DNA of 64,000 nt from Spirochaetia bacterium (GTDB taxonomy: Bacteria; Spirochaetota; Spirochaetia; UBA9216): positions 1,984,001 through 2,048,000 of the forward strand of contig OY776510.1 of NCBI GenBank assembly GCA_963675665.1, in the 5' to 3' direction. Below, in pieces: positions 49,987 to 59,347 of this stretch. A program made the translations under genes and the position numbers. Numbering within the stretch: the first letter of the stretch is position 1; every line of letters starts with the position of its first letter. Below the pieces are notes generated by a model that saw only the letters and a program-made list of their open reading frames with translations, was not told the DNA's origin and made no database searches.

Positions 49987-50937
49987 ATGAACGGCGGAAC
50001 TGATATTTTAAGCATCGGTGAAATAGTTATAGATTTTACGCCGGGTAGGGAGGATTCTTCTTATATACGCCATCCCGGAGGAGCGCCGGCAAATGTTGCT
50101 GTTTGTTTTGCCCGAATGGGAGGCTGTTCCGCTTTTTGCGGGAAAGTCGGTAACGACCTTTTCGGTGAATACTTAATGAATGTTCTGAGAGACAATGGAG
50201 TCCAGCTTAAATGCGGAGCGCCGACAAATGATGCAGTAACAACAATGACATTTGTTACCCTTGCTGATGACGGTAACCGTTCATTTACTTTTGCCCAGAA
50301 AACCGGTGCGCATTTGTTCTTAAAGGATTCAGATATAACTCCGGAAATAATTATTAATTCAAAACTTGTGCATACAGGTTCTTCAATGCTCGCCGGCGGG
50401 AGTTCCCCCGGCGCAGTATTGCGAGCGATGAAACTGGCTAAAAAGAACCGTATTCCCGTTAGTTTTGATCTTAATTTTCGTGCATTACAGTGGACGAAAC
50501 CTGAGCGCTGCCGTGAAGCTGTTTATAAAATTCTTCCGTATGTTGATTTATTAAAGGTTTCAGATGAAGAAGTTTTTTTATTGGGCGGTGAAGAAATGAT
50601 ATTTAAAGTTATGGAAAAGTATGATGTTTCTTTGACCGCGCTTACAAAGGGAGAAAAAGAAAATATAGTCTTTTGGAATGAGCAGGAAATACGAAGGCAT
50701 CCTGTTCCTCAGAAAGCAGTGGATTCAACCGGGGCCGGGGACGCATTCTGGGGTGTTTTTCTTTATTCTTTGCTTTCTCAAGGGTTTCGAACGCGGCGTG
50801 ATTTATCTGTAGTTATGCTGGAAAAGGCCTTAAAGTATGGCGTAGCGGCAGGTGGGCTTGCCGTCCAAAAACAGGGAGCGGTTAATTCAATGCCGTTAAA
50901 ATCCGAAATAGAGGAGGTCCTGCCGCTATATGGATAG
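49987..50937 (+). CDS. PfkB family carbohydrate kinase (fructokinase-like)
   Basis: PGGAPANVA, GKVGND.FG, FDLNFR, DSTGAGDAF. Confidence 0.92.
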   Translation: MNGGTDILSIGEIVIDFTPGREDSSYIRHPGGAPANVAVCFARMGGCSAFCGKVGNDLFGEYLMNVLRDNGVQLKCGAPTNDAVTTMTFVTLADDGNRSFTFAQKTGAHLFLKDSDITPEIIINSKLVHTGSSMLAGGSSPGAVLRAMKLAKKNRIPVSFDLNFRALQWTKPERCREAVYKILPYVDLLKVSDEEVFLLGGEEMIFKVMEKYDVSLTALTKGEKENIVFWNEQEIRRHPVPQKAVDSTGAGDAFWGVFLYSLLSQGFRTRRDLSVVMLEKALKYGVAAGGLAVQKQGAVNSMPLKSEIEEVLPLYG

Positions 50938-51643
50938 GTCTGATAATTTCTGGGATAATAAGCTGATTTATTCACCTTCGCTAATTTGCCTTGATCCCTG
51001 TAACCTTGAATCGCAGGTTAGAGTGCTGGAAAGCTCCGGTGTTGAAGTCCTGCATATAGATATTATTGACGGGCATTTTAGTCCAAGTCTTCCATTGGGG
51101 CTGGATACTGTAAAAGCATTACGGAAGATAACAAATCTGAGTTTTGATGCTCATTTGATGACTGAACCTAACGGATATTTTATAGATGAATTGCTTGATA
51201 TAGGTGTTGATCAGCTTATTTTTCATTTCGAAACGGAAAAACATCCCAACGCACTGCTTTCCATGTTAAAGAACCGTGGTGTTCGGGCAGGAATAGCACT
51301 GAAACCTTCAACTCCGGTTTCGGCAATTGATTGTATTCTCGAATGTTGTGATACGGTGCTGCTTATGCTTATTAACCCGGGTTACGCAGGTTATTCCTGG
51401 GAGAAACAAATTCCATTTGCACAGCGTAAGATTGATGAATTGCATCGTATAATTTCAGAGCGTAAACTTCCGGTTAAGATGGAACTCGACGGAAGAATTT
51501 CAAAAGAAAGTATTAACACATTTGGTAAAGATGCTGCGGATATTTTTGTTATCGGAAGTACCTGCCTTTCTAAAAATAATCTTAAATCCGATATCGATGA
51601 ACTATATTCGTTAAGAGAAAAACTGATAGGAGAAACAGTCTGA
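50930..51643 (+). CDS. Ribulose-phosphate 3-epimerase family (Rpe/AlsE-like)
   Basis: SPSL, HIDIIDGHF, DAHLM, MLINPGY, ELDG. Confidence 0.88.
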   Translation: MDRSDNFWDNKLIYSPSLICLDPCNLESQVRVLESSGVEVLHIDIIDGHFSPSLPLGLDTVKALRKITNLSFDAHLMTEPNGYFIDELLDIGVDQLIFHFETEKHPNALLSMLKNRGVRAGIALKPSTPVSAIDCILECCDTVLLMLINPGYAGYSWEKQIPFAQRKIDELHRIISERKLPVKMELDGRISKESINTFGKDAADIFVIGSTCLSKNNLKSDIDELYSLREKLIGETV

Positions 51644-52212
51644 TGAACAGTAAGGACTTGTTTATAACTGCCAGGAATACGGCACTTTTGGAAATTGATT
51701 TGGCCTTAAACAGTATAGATATAAATTCCGCAGAAAAATTTTGTACGGAAATATTGAATGCCCGGAAAGTCTTCTGTGTCGGTGTAGGCCGGGTTCTTCT
51801 TTCTCTGGAGGCTTTTACCAAAAGGTTGGCTCACCTTGGTGTTGACGCCCATTTTGTCGGGGAAATTACAGAGCCGGCCATCTCGCCGGGAGATCTTCTA
51901 ATTGTGGGATCCGGCAGCGGAGAAAGTTTGTTCCCTCTGGCAATTGCGGAGAAAGCAAAGACTTTGGGTGTACGAGTGGTTCATATCGGTTCGAATCCTG
52001 AAAGCAGTATGGCAAAATATGCTGATTATATGGTGCGCATACCTGTAAGGACCAGGCTTGCCCTGAAAGATGAAATAGATTCACAGCAGCCTATGACTTC
52101 TTTATTTGAACAATCCCTGCTTGTATTTGGAGATATTATTGCAAGTATGATTGTCGAAGAAAAAGCCCTGGATTTACATAAACTTTGGCAATATCACGCA
52201 AACCTGGAGTAG
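51643..52212 (+). CDS. SIS-domain 6-phospho-3-hexuloisomerase-like protein (HxlB-like)
   Basis: GVGR, GSGSGES, QPMTSLFEQ, C-terminal HANLE. Confidence 0.85.
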   Translation: MNSKDLFITARNTALLEIDLALNSIDINSAEKFCTEILNARKVFCVGVGRVLLSLEAFTKRLAHLGVDAHFVGEITEPAISPGDLLIVGSGSGESLFPLAIAEKAKTLGVRVVHIGSNPESSMAKYADYMVRIPVRTRLALKDEIDSQQPMTSLFEQSLLVFGDIIASMIVEEKALDLHKLWQYHANLE

Positions 52213-52219
52213 ATGCATA

Positions 52220-53254
52220 ATGACAGATGAGGAAAATATTGCAGCTTATACCGGTAGTATTCAGCAAATTGCGAGCATCCGCCCGCTGGTTTATAGCGAG
52301 GGACGTTCTTCAGGAATGAAAGCCTATGAAATAAAATGCGGATTTTTACATTTCAATGTTATGGCTGATAAATGTCTTGATATAGCCGATTGCAGCTATA
52401 AAGGAATTAATTTGAATTTTCTTGCTAAACCGGGACTTATGGGGCGGAATCATTTTGATACGAATGGGCAAGAAGCCGGACGAAGTATTATGGGTGGGCT
52501 TTTTTTTACAAGCGGACTTGAAAACATCTGTCCGCCTTGTATTGACGATGGCATTGCTTATCCTATGCACGGGCGTCTGAGAACCACACCCGCCGAGCAT
52601 CTTGGTGCTGATGCTGAATGGGTTAACGGGAAATACTGCATTAGATTGTCCGGGGAAATGCGTGAGGCTGAGTTATACGGAGAAAATGTAATTCTGAGGC
52701 GGAGTATAACCACGGTACTTGGTGAAAACTCGATAATCTTGCACGATGAATTTAAAAACTACGGTTTTGAGGCTCAGCCTTTCATGCTGCTCTATCATTT
52801 CAATTTTGGTTATCCGTTTCTGCAGGAAGGGGTTCGTTTAGTTGTCCCGGCAGTTAAAACAGAAGCAAGAGATTCTGCAGGAGATCTTTCCAGGTGGCAA
52901 GTCATGGATCCTCCTGTGCCCGGAGCTCCGGAACAGGTCTTTATACATAAACTGCAGGCGGATTCTGATGAAAATACTTTTGCTGCAATTATTAACGAGA
53001 ATATTAATCTTGGAATAAAATTAAACTTTAATAAAAGTGTTCTGCCTCGTTTTATGGAGTGGAAGTCTATTGCTTCCGGAGATTACGTTATGGGTCTTGA
53101 ACCGGCCAACAGCAACGTTCTGGGGCGTCTCAAGCAAAAAGAAGAAGGCTTGCCGATGCTTCAGCCCCATGAATCAAAAACAGTTGAAATCAGAATAGAA
53201 ATATTGGATGGATCCGATGCAATAGTGGCTCTGAAAAAAGGAGATTTTAAATGA
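52220..53254 (+). CDS. DUF4432 / aldose 1-epimerase-like protein
   Basis: KCLDI, MHGR, LYHFNFGYP, GDYVMGLEP; paralog of 4186..5268. Confidence 0.8.
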   Translation: MTDEENIAAYTGSIQQIASIRPLVYSEGRSSGMKAYEIKCGFLHFNVMADKCLDIADCSYKGINLNFLAKPGLMGRNHFDTNGQEAGRSIMGGLFFTSGLENICPPCIDDGIAYPMHGRLRTTPAEHLGADAEWVNGKYCIRLSGEMREAELYGENVILRRSITTVLGENSIILHDEFKNYGFEAQPFMLLYHFNFGYPFLQEGVRLVVPAVKTEARDSAGDLSRWQVMDPPVPGAPEQVFIHKLQADSDENTFAAIINENINLGIKLNFNKSVLPRFMEWKSIASGDYVMGLEPANSNVLGRLKQKEEGLPMLQPHESKTVEIRIEILDGSDAIVALKKGDFK

Positions 53255-53937
53255 AACGGTCAGAAATTAATGCACAGATTAAAATGGCGATAGCTTTTAC
53301 AGATAAATTAGGATTCAAACTCCCTCCCTTTACAGGCTGGACGCCTGATGAATGGGAAACGAAGGGTGTTGAATATGATGAAATCCGGGAGAATATGCTG
53401 GGATGGGATGTGACTGACTATGGTGAAGGTAAATTTGATGAGCTTGGTCTGGTTCTGGTAACTATTCGTAACGGCAATCAGAAAATGCCTGAAAAATATC
53501 CGAAGCCTTATGCGGAGAAAATATTCATACTCGGTCAGAACCAGGTATCGCCGATGCATTTTCACTGGGTTAAAATGGAAGATATTATCAACCGGGGCGG
53601 CGGTAATTTACTGGTTCAGTTGTACAATAAAACTGATGATAATAAACTGGACTCAACAGATGTAATGATCAAACAGGATGGAAGATGTTATTTTGTAGAA
53701 GCAGGTGTAAAAATTAAATTGACGCCTGGTGAAAGTATCTCCTTCGAAAAAGAAGTATATCATGAAATGACTGTAGAAGCCGGGACAGGAGCTGTTCTTG
53801 CCGGTGAGGTGAGTCAATGTAATGATGATACAACAGATAATTATTTTCTTAATCCTTTGGGGCGGTTCCCGGAAATTGATGAGGATGAACCGGCTTTCAG
53901 ATTACTTTGTAATGAATATCCGAGGGCGAAAGAATAG
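53251..53937 (+). CDS. D-lyxose/D-mannose family sugar isomerase
   Basis: MKRSEIN, LGWDVTD, KPYAEK, PMHFH..KMEDIINRGGG, GEVS..NDD..DN. Confidence 0.88.
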   Translation: MKRSEINAQIKMAIAFTDKLGFKLPPFTGWTPDEWETKGVEYDEIRENMLGWDVTDYGEGKFDELGLVLVTIRNGNQKMPEKYPKPYAEKIFILGQNQVSPMHFHWVKMEDIINRGGGNLLVQLYNKTDDNKLDSTDVMIKQDGRCYFVEAGVKIKLTPGESISFEKEVYHEMTVEAGTGAVLAGEVSQCNDDTTDNYFLNPLGRFPEIDEDEPAFRLLCNEYPRAKE

Positions 53938-53995
53938 AAGAATGTCATTGAATTTTATTCTGAAAGACTGTTAAAATATTTATGAGTTTTTAATT

Positions 53996-54613
53996 ATGAA
54001 AAGAATAAAATGTGTAATTTTTGATTTTTGCGGTGTTATCAGCCTTCTTCAATCCATTAACGATTATGAAGAGACCAGAAAGTTGGCAGATTTGGACTCT
54101 TCCGTATTTAAGGAGCTTTATTTTCGTTATCGACCGGAATACGATTCCGGTCTGATAGATGGTCTGGAATATTGGGGAAAAGTTTTATCAAACAGGGATA
54201 TTCCCAATAAAAATATTTTAATAAAACAAATAATAAAACTGGACGTCGAGAGTTGGACAAGGATTAATAATTCCGTTATTCAATTAGTTTTCAGGTTCCA
54301 AGAAGTATCGGTTAAAATTGCGATTTTATCGAATATTCATTTTGACGCTCTCAAATATATTGAAGAAAAATACTTATGGTTAGAAAACATTGATTATAAA
54401 ATATATTCATGCAGAGAAAAATGTATAAAGCCTGATAAAAAAATATTTCTTAATTGTCTGTCAAAAATATCATATTTACCGGAGGAATGTCTTTTTATTG
54501 ACGATACAAACGAAAATATAATAACAGCTGAAAACCTTGGATTTAATACGATTCATTATACCGGATATGATGAGCTGATAAATGAAATAGAGTCAAGATA
54601 TACTTTTGATTAA
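53996..54613 (+). CDS. HAD family phosphatase (YihX-like)
   Basis: IFDFCGV, LSN, KPD, FIDD. Confidence 0.85.
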   Translation: MKRIKCVIFDFCGVISLLQSINDYEETRKLADLDSSVFKELYFRYRPEYDSGLIDGLEYWGKVLSNRDIPNKNILIKQIIKLDVESWTRINNSVIQLVFRFQEVSVKIAILSNIHFDALKYIEEKYLWLENIDYKIYSCREKCIKPDKKIFLNCLSKISYLPEECLFIDDTNENIITAENLGFNTIHYTGYDELINEIESRYTFD

Positions 54614-54630
54614 AGAACCGATTTTATAAA

Positions 54631-55899
54631 TTAAAAATCAGAGTGGGTGTGCTGGCGGTCGTCAAATTTGAAATTTGTTAACGGAATAAAAATTTCAACT
54701 GAAAAACAATTATTTTCCATATCATATATAACAGTGCTTTTAAGCTGATCTGCGGCTAACAGTTTAACCAGTTTCAGCCCCGTGTTTTGCAGTTCATCTA
54801 TATCAGCACGCGGATTTACGGAAGAGTTTGTGTTACGGATTTTAAGATATAAATTAAGATCATCCTGAAGTTTTGTTGTCAGGATCAATTCTGCAGCATG
54901 CCGACCGGTATCCGCATGAATAAAAACGTTTATCAGCAGTTCATTAATTATCAGACCAAGCGGTATTGAGAGTTCCAATGGTATTCTGTGATCTTCTATA
55001 TCTATATCAAAAATAAAATTATGTTTATCTACTTTTAAAAAGGTTACCAGATGTTCAAGAATATCTTCAATGAAGCTTTTCAATGAAATGAACCGGAGAT
55101 CTCCGGAAGAGTACAGCTTGTTATGGACAAGCGCCATTGAATCAAGCCTTGAGTAGGTTTTGAGTAATGAATTTTCTATTTCCGGAGTGAGAATTGAATC
55201 AAACTGAATATAAAGAAGGGAATTGATAAGCTGCATATTATTATTCGAGCGGTGATAAAGCTCTCTGATAAGAACATTCTTTTCTTCAAGACTCTGTTCC
55301 AGCTGCCGGGTTCTGTTGGCGACTTCCTTCTCAAGATTATCTTTCTGAAATATAAGCTGTTTTCTGTTATCGTCTATCACAATTCTAATTGATATATTGA
55401 CAAGGCAGAAGAATACATTGAAGAAACTCCATGAAATATACATGACAAGATTAATATTGGGGCTGATCCAGGCTATTGCCGCAATAAACAGATTCTCAAA
55501 TACGGTTAAAACAATTAATTGCTTTGTGTTGAGAAAAAGAGTTCCAATAAAAACAGTGACCAGAATCCATGTAAATGAAAGATAATTAAAACTGTTGTCT
55601 CTGTCAAAAATGAAAATAATCAATACTGCTATCAAATAGAGGATACCAATAATTATCAAACCGCCAATTCTATAATTGATATTTCTAGTTATCAAATATC
55701 CTGACAGAAGAACAGGAAGGCCGATTTCAAGAGGGAGCTGGACCTGTACCGGCGCATGGAAAATGCCTGTGTTAAAGGTGAGGATAAGTATAAGGTATAC
55801 TATCAACAGGCCCTTGATATTCTGGACGTCAATTTTTGTATCGTACTTTCGCTTCGATTTTAACAAAATTTCAAGCAAGTACGTAACGGCTTTTCTCAT
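54631..55899 (-). CDS. Membrane sensor histidine kinase (HisKA_2 type)
   Basis: Several TM segments; ELYHRSNNNMQLINSLL, MALVH..LY, LIINELL.N; degenerate G-boxes. Confidence 0.8.
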   Translation of the reverse strand: MRKAVTYLLEILLKSKRKYDTKIDVQNIKGLLIVYLILILTFNTGIFHAPVQVQLPLEIGLPVLLSGYLITRNINYRIGGLIIIGILYLIAVLIIFIFDRDNSFNYLSFTWILVTVFIGTLFLNTKQLIVLTVFENLFIAAIAWISPNINLVMYISWSFFNVFFCLVNISIRIVIDDNRKQLIFQKDNLEKEVANRTRQLEQSLEEKNVLIRELYHRSNNNMQLINSLLYIQFDSILTPEIENSLLKTYSRLDSMALVHNKLYSSGDLRFISLKSFIEDILEHLVTFLKVDKHNFIFDIDIEDHRIPLELSIPLGLIINELLINVFIHADTGRHAAELILTTKLQDDLNLYLKIRNTNSSVNPRADIDELQNTGLKLVKLLAADQLKSTVIYDMENNCFSVEIFIPLTNFKFDDRQHTHSDF

Positions 55900-56071
55900 A
55901 ACGTAAAAATATCATATGCCCTAAGTTGCCGCAGATCAATATAAATAAAGATGCTTAAATCGTGATACATATAAATCATACAATCATGTAATTTGCGGTT
56001 TCTGAATGGAGAACTGTTTCAGTTTTTGCTGCTGCAGCCATAGTTCTTGAATTTAAAAGAAGAATCTTTAA

Positions 56072-56481
56072 TATCAAGTCTCTGATTATTCTTTCGGTAA
56101 TTTACCGGGTCTATCATGGACCGGCAGCCGCAAAGAAGGCAAAAGTATATCGGACATACAGGAGAGCTTTATCATCTTCCCGGTCTCTGCGCTATTCTGC
56201 CTGTTAAGAGCAATTTTAACGGCTACAGGTACAGGTTCGGTTATATTAATTCTTGATGATAATCTAATAATCTCAATTACCTTTACGTATCTGATTGTAT
56301 ATAACCTGGTTTACCTTATAGGAAATGCGAATGTACCGGTCAGCTTGCCACTACGTTGGGTATAGGTATTGCAGAATTTTCAGAAAACCTCACCAGGGAT
56401 GAGGTAATAGTAAGGGCGGACAATGCACTTTATGCAGCAAAACGCAATGGTAATAACAGGGTTGAAGGTTTCAGCAATTAA
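56072..56481 (+). pseudogene. Remnant of a membrane diguanylate cyclase (GGDEF C-terminus only)
   Basis: 56305-56481 reads ..TTLGIGIAEF..RADNALYAAKRNGNNRV..; in-frame TAA at 56302; no GGDEF motif; hydrophobic fragments in other frames upstream. Confidence 0.7.
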
Positions 56482-56525
56482 TAAACGGTGATATGCAGTG
56501 TTTAGAAGTTGACTGCAAATGTAAG

Positions 56526-57392
56526 CTATACCGACAGATGGTTGTTCTTGATATAGCTGCTGAGAGCTTCAGGCGTTTCTGAAAAGCTGATCCCGGATGA
56601 TTTAAGCCGGCCGGTATCCAGTCTGGCGTCTCTCGGGTTTTGTCGGTAAGTTTCTTCATCTTTTATAACAAGTTCCCCGGTCCTGTCCTGAAGTCCCAGC
56701 TCTTTAAAGATATGACAGACTGTTTCGTATCTGCTCATCGGGTTCTCCGAGCCTGTATGGTAAATCCCTGGCGCAAGGTTGAACAATGACGGAAACCTCG
56801 CAAGAAGTTCATCGATGCTGGTCATCCCTCTGTATTCATTCGCAGGAACATTGAACGGCTTTCCTGTCATGATCTTCCTGATGCTGTCCCACAGAATGTT
56901 TCCTGATACAGGTTTTGATTTCCCGGGGATACCGAAAAGCCACGTCAATCTTATGATAACGTAGTCGTTACAAATCTCTGTTATAAGCTTCTCGGCCTCA
57001 AGCTTGTTTTTGCCGTATTCGGTATCGGGGAGCGGCGTATCCGTTTCTTTATACGGCCCGCTTTCCTTATTGCCGTTGAATACCTGTTCAGTGCTGAGGA
57101 AAATCAGTTTGCTTCCGGTAATACGGCAGGCTGACGCAATATTCCCGGATCCGCTTATGTTTGTTAAACGGCATATTTCCGGGTTGCTGTTACAGTAGTC
57201 TGTAACAGCTATTGCCGCCGCATGAATGACATAATCAGGCCTGAATGATTCAATCGTTTCAACAACTCTTTCTCTGTCGGTTATGTCGAGCGTGTCCGAG
57301 TTGGTAGCAAGTATGTCAAACTGCCGCTTGTAGTCTTCAATAAATCGGCTTCCGAAGAATCCGCGGCTTCCGGTAAAAAGGATTTTTTCCAA
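56526..57392 (-). CDS. RmlD-like extended SDR (sugar-nucleotide reductase family)
   Basis: TGSRGFFG, HAAA, STEQVF, YGKNK. Confidence 0.85.
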   Translation of the reverse strand: MEKILFTGSRGFFGSRFIEDYKRQFDILATNSDTLDITDRERVVETIESFRPDYVIHAAAIAVTDYCNSNPEICRLTNISGSGNIASACRITGSKLIFLSTEQVFNGNKESGPYKETDTPLPDTEYGKNKLEAEKLITEICNDYVIIRLTWLFGIPGKSKPVSGNILWDSIRKIMTGKPFNVPANEYRGMTSIDELLARFPSLFNLAPGIYHTGSENPMSRYETVCHIFKELGLQDRTGELVIKDEETYRQNPRDARLDTGRLKSSGISFSETPEALSSYIKNNHLSV

Positions 57393-57399
57393 AATAAAA

Positions 57400-58263
57400 C
57401 TACCCGATCACTTCCTGGTATGCTTTGGTCATTACTTCCTTGTCGGGATCTTTTCCGGTCCACATTTTTATATTGATTGCCGCCTGGTTTATCAGCATTC
57501 CCATGCCTGTATTCCATTTTGCCCCTCTTTTTTTGGCTTCATCCAGAAAAGGTGTGAATGCGGGATTGGGAATTACATCCTGGACAAATAAATCAGGGCG
57601 CAGTGTGTCGTAATCTATATTCGGTTTGTTGTCCACGTCCGGGTAAAGCCCTATAGGTGTGGCGTTTATCAGAATATTGCAGTTTTCGGGCACTTTATAA
57701 CTTTCGTTCCATGGAACGTATTCTGCTTCTGCCTTAGTTTCGGCTTTCAGTAGTTCTATCAGCGATAATGCCATTTTTTCATCCTGCGGTATATTTACAA
57801 TTGTAATATGTTCAGCTCCGGCCAGGGCCATTTCAATTGAAACCGCGCGGCCTGCTCCGCCTGCGCCCAAAATGACGATTCTTTTTCCTTTGGGATCTAT
57901 TCCGACAGTTTTTAACGATTCCATAAACCCCTTGCCGTCGGTGTTGTCTCCGTAAAGTCTGCCTTCATTGTTTACAATCATATTGACTGCGCCAATCAGT
58001 TTGGCGCTGGGAGATATTTCATCAAGATATTCAAGTACATCAATTTTATGCGGAAGCGTGCAGTTTATTCCCTTCATTTTCATCGCCTTAAGGCCGGCTA
58101 TTGCATCACCCAGTTTTCCGGGATCAACATCTATTGTAAGAAATCTCCATCTTTCAAGCCTAAGCGCTTTAAATGCTGCTTCCTGTATAATTACCCCCGG
58201 GTTCTCGGCTGCCGGATGACCAAATACGCCTACAAGATTATCCAGGAAATTCTGCTCTTTCAT
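57400..58263 (-). CDS. Shikimate/quinate dehydrogenase family protein with atypical substrate loop
   Basis: NCTLPHK, GAVN, NTDG, GAGGAGR, NATPIG; N-terminal GHPAAENPG instead of HSxSP. Confidence 0.8.
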   Translation of the reverse strand: MKEQNFLDNLVGVFGHPAAENPGVIIQEAAFKALRLERWRFLTIDVDPGKLGDAIAGLKAMKMKGINCTLPHKIDVLEYLDEISPSAKLIGAVNMIVNNEGRLYGDNTDGKGFMESLKTVGIDPKGKRIVILGAGGAGRAVSIEMALAGAEHITIVNIPQDEKMALSLIELLKAETKAEAEYVPWNESYKVPENCNILINATPIGLYPDVDNKPNIDYDTLRPDLFVQDVIPNPAFTPFLDEAKKRGAKWNTGMGMLINQAAINIKMWTGKDPDKEVMTKAYQEVIG

Positions 58264-58452
58264 AATAATTCTCCATTTATACCAATTTTATATTCGACTT
58301 CCAATTGTTCTTATATGAAACTGAAGATGTTGTGTAATGATAAACCACAAGATAAAACCTGTCAATCGAATATAAAAATAATTTCATATGAAAGTAAATA
58401 GGTGCTGTATGAGGATTTTATTTTGTTTTAAATCTTGAAGAGTATTACCCTG

Positions 58453-59196
58453 TCAGGCTGTAATGAGCTCAATTTCACTTAGGTTAAAATACTCCCGGTA
58501 TTCTTCATCAATATCTTCATCGGTTATCATGCAATTGATTTCATCCGGGCGGCAGATTGTACGAACGGCTGATATTCCCATTTTACCGGAATCCGACAGA
58601 AAATAAACCTGTCTGCCGCGATGTACAAATTCCGCCATGACTTCAGCCCTGTCGAGATCACGACACATTGCGCCCTGCTCCCGGGTAAACCCGTCCATTC
58701 CGAGAAAAACTTTGCTGAAATTATAATAAGACAGATATTCCTTGACCATTGAACCCACAAGGGTTTCACTTTCTTTCTGGTATATGCCGCCAATCAGAAT
58801 TACATTAATACCGTCAGAGTCTTTCATCTGCCTGGCAACAAAAGCATTATTGGTAATTATATTAATATTTTTTCTGGATGCCAAAATCTGTGCCAGAATG
58901 GCAACACAGGAGCCGGCTTCAAGAAGAACCGTTTCGCCTTCTTCAATCTGTTCTGCAGCTTTAACGGCAATTCTCTGTTTTGCCGAGTGGTTAATGCTCA
59001 GCCTGTGCGAGATGTCGTCTGTTGACGGCAGGCTTGCCCCTCCGTGATTACGGCAGATCAGCTTTTTATCTTCCAGAATTCTCAGGTCGCTTCGAATCGT
59101 TACAAGGGAAACATTCAGCAAATCAGAAAGCCGGTTTACTGTCACTTCATTTTCCCTGTTTATTATATTAAGGATTTGTTCATGCCTTTTGTTCAT
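58453..59196 (-). CDS. DeoR family regulator
   Basis: VSLVTIRSDLRILE..RNHGGA, IITNN, FLGMDG, DSGK, ITD. Confidence 0.92.
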   Translation of the reverse strand: MNKRHEQILNIINRENEVTVNRLSDLLNVSLVTIRSDLRILEDKKLICRNHGGASLPSTDDISHRLSINHSAKQRIAVKAAEQIEEGETVLLEAGSCVAILAQILASRKNINIITNNAFVARQMKDSDGINVILIGGIYQKESETLVGSMVKEYLSYYNFSKVFLGMDGFTREQGAMCRDLDRAEVMAEFVHRGRQVYFLSDSGKMGISAVRTICRPDEINCMITDEDIDEEYREYFNLSEIELITA

Positions 59197-59347
59197 AGAA
59201 ACATTATAGTTTAAAAGATATTGAATGTACACATACGAAAGAAAAAATTTACGAAAAAAAGAATAAAATATTATAACACTTTCGTATTTACGTTATTGAT
59301 TTACGTAAGAAAATAAGTTAATATTTAATAGTACAACGGAGGAACGA

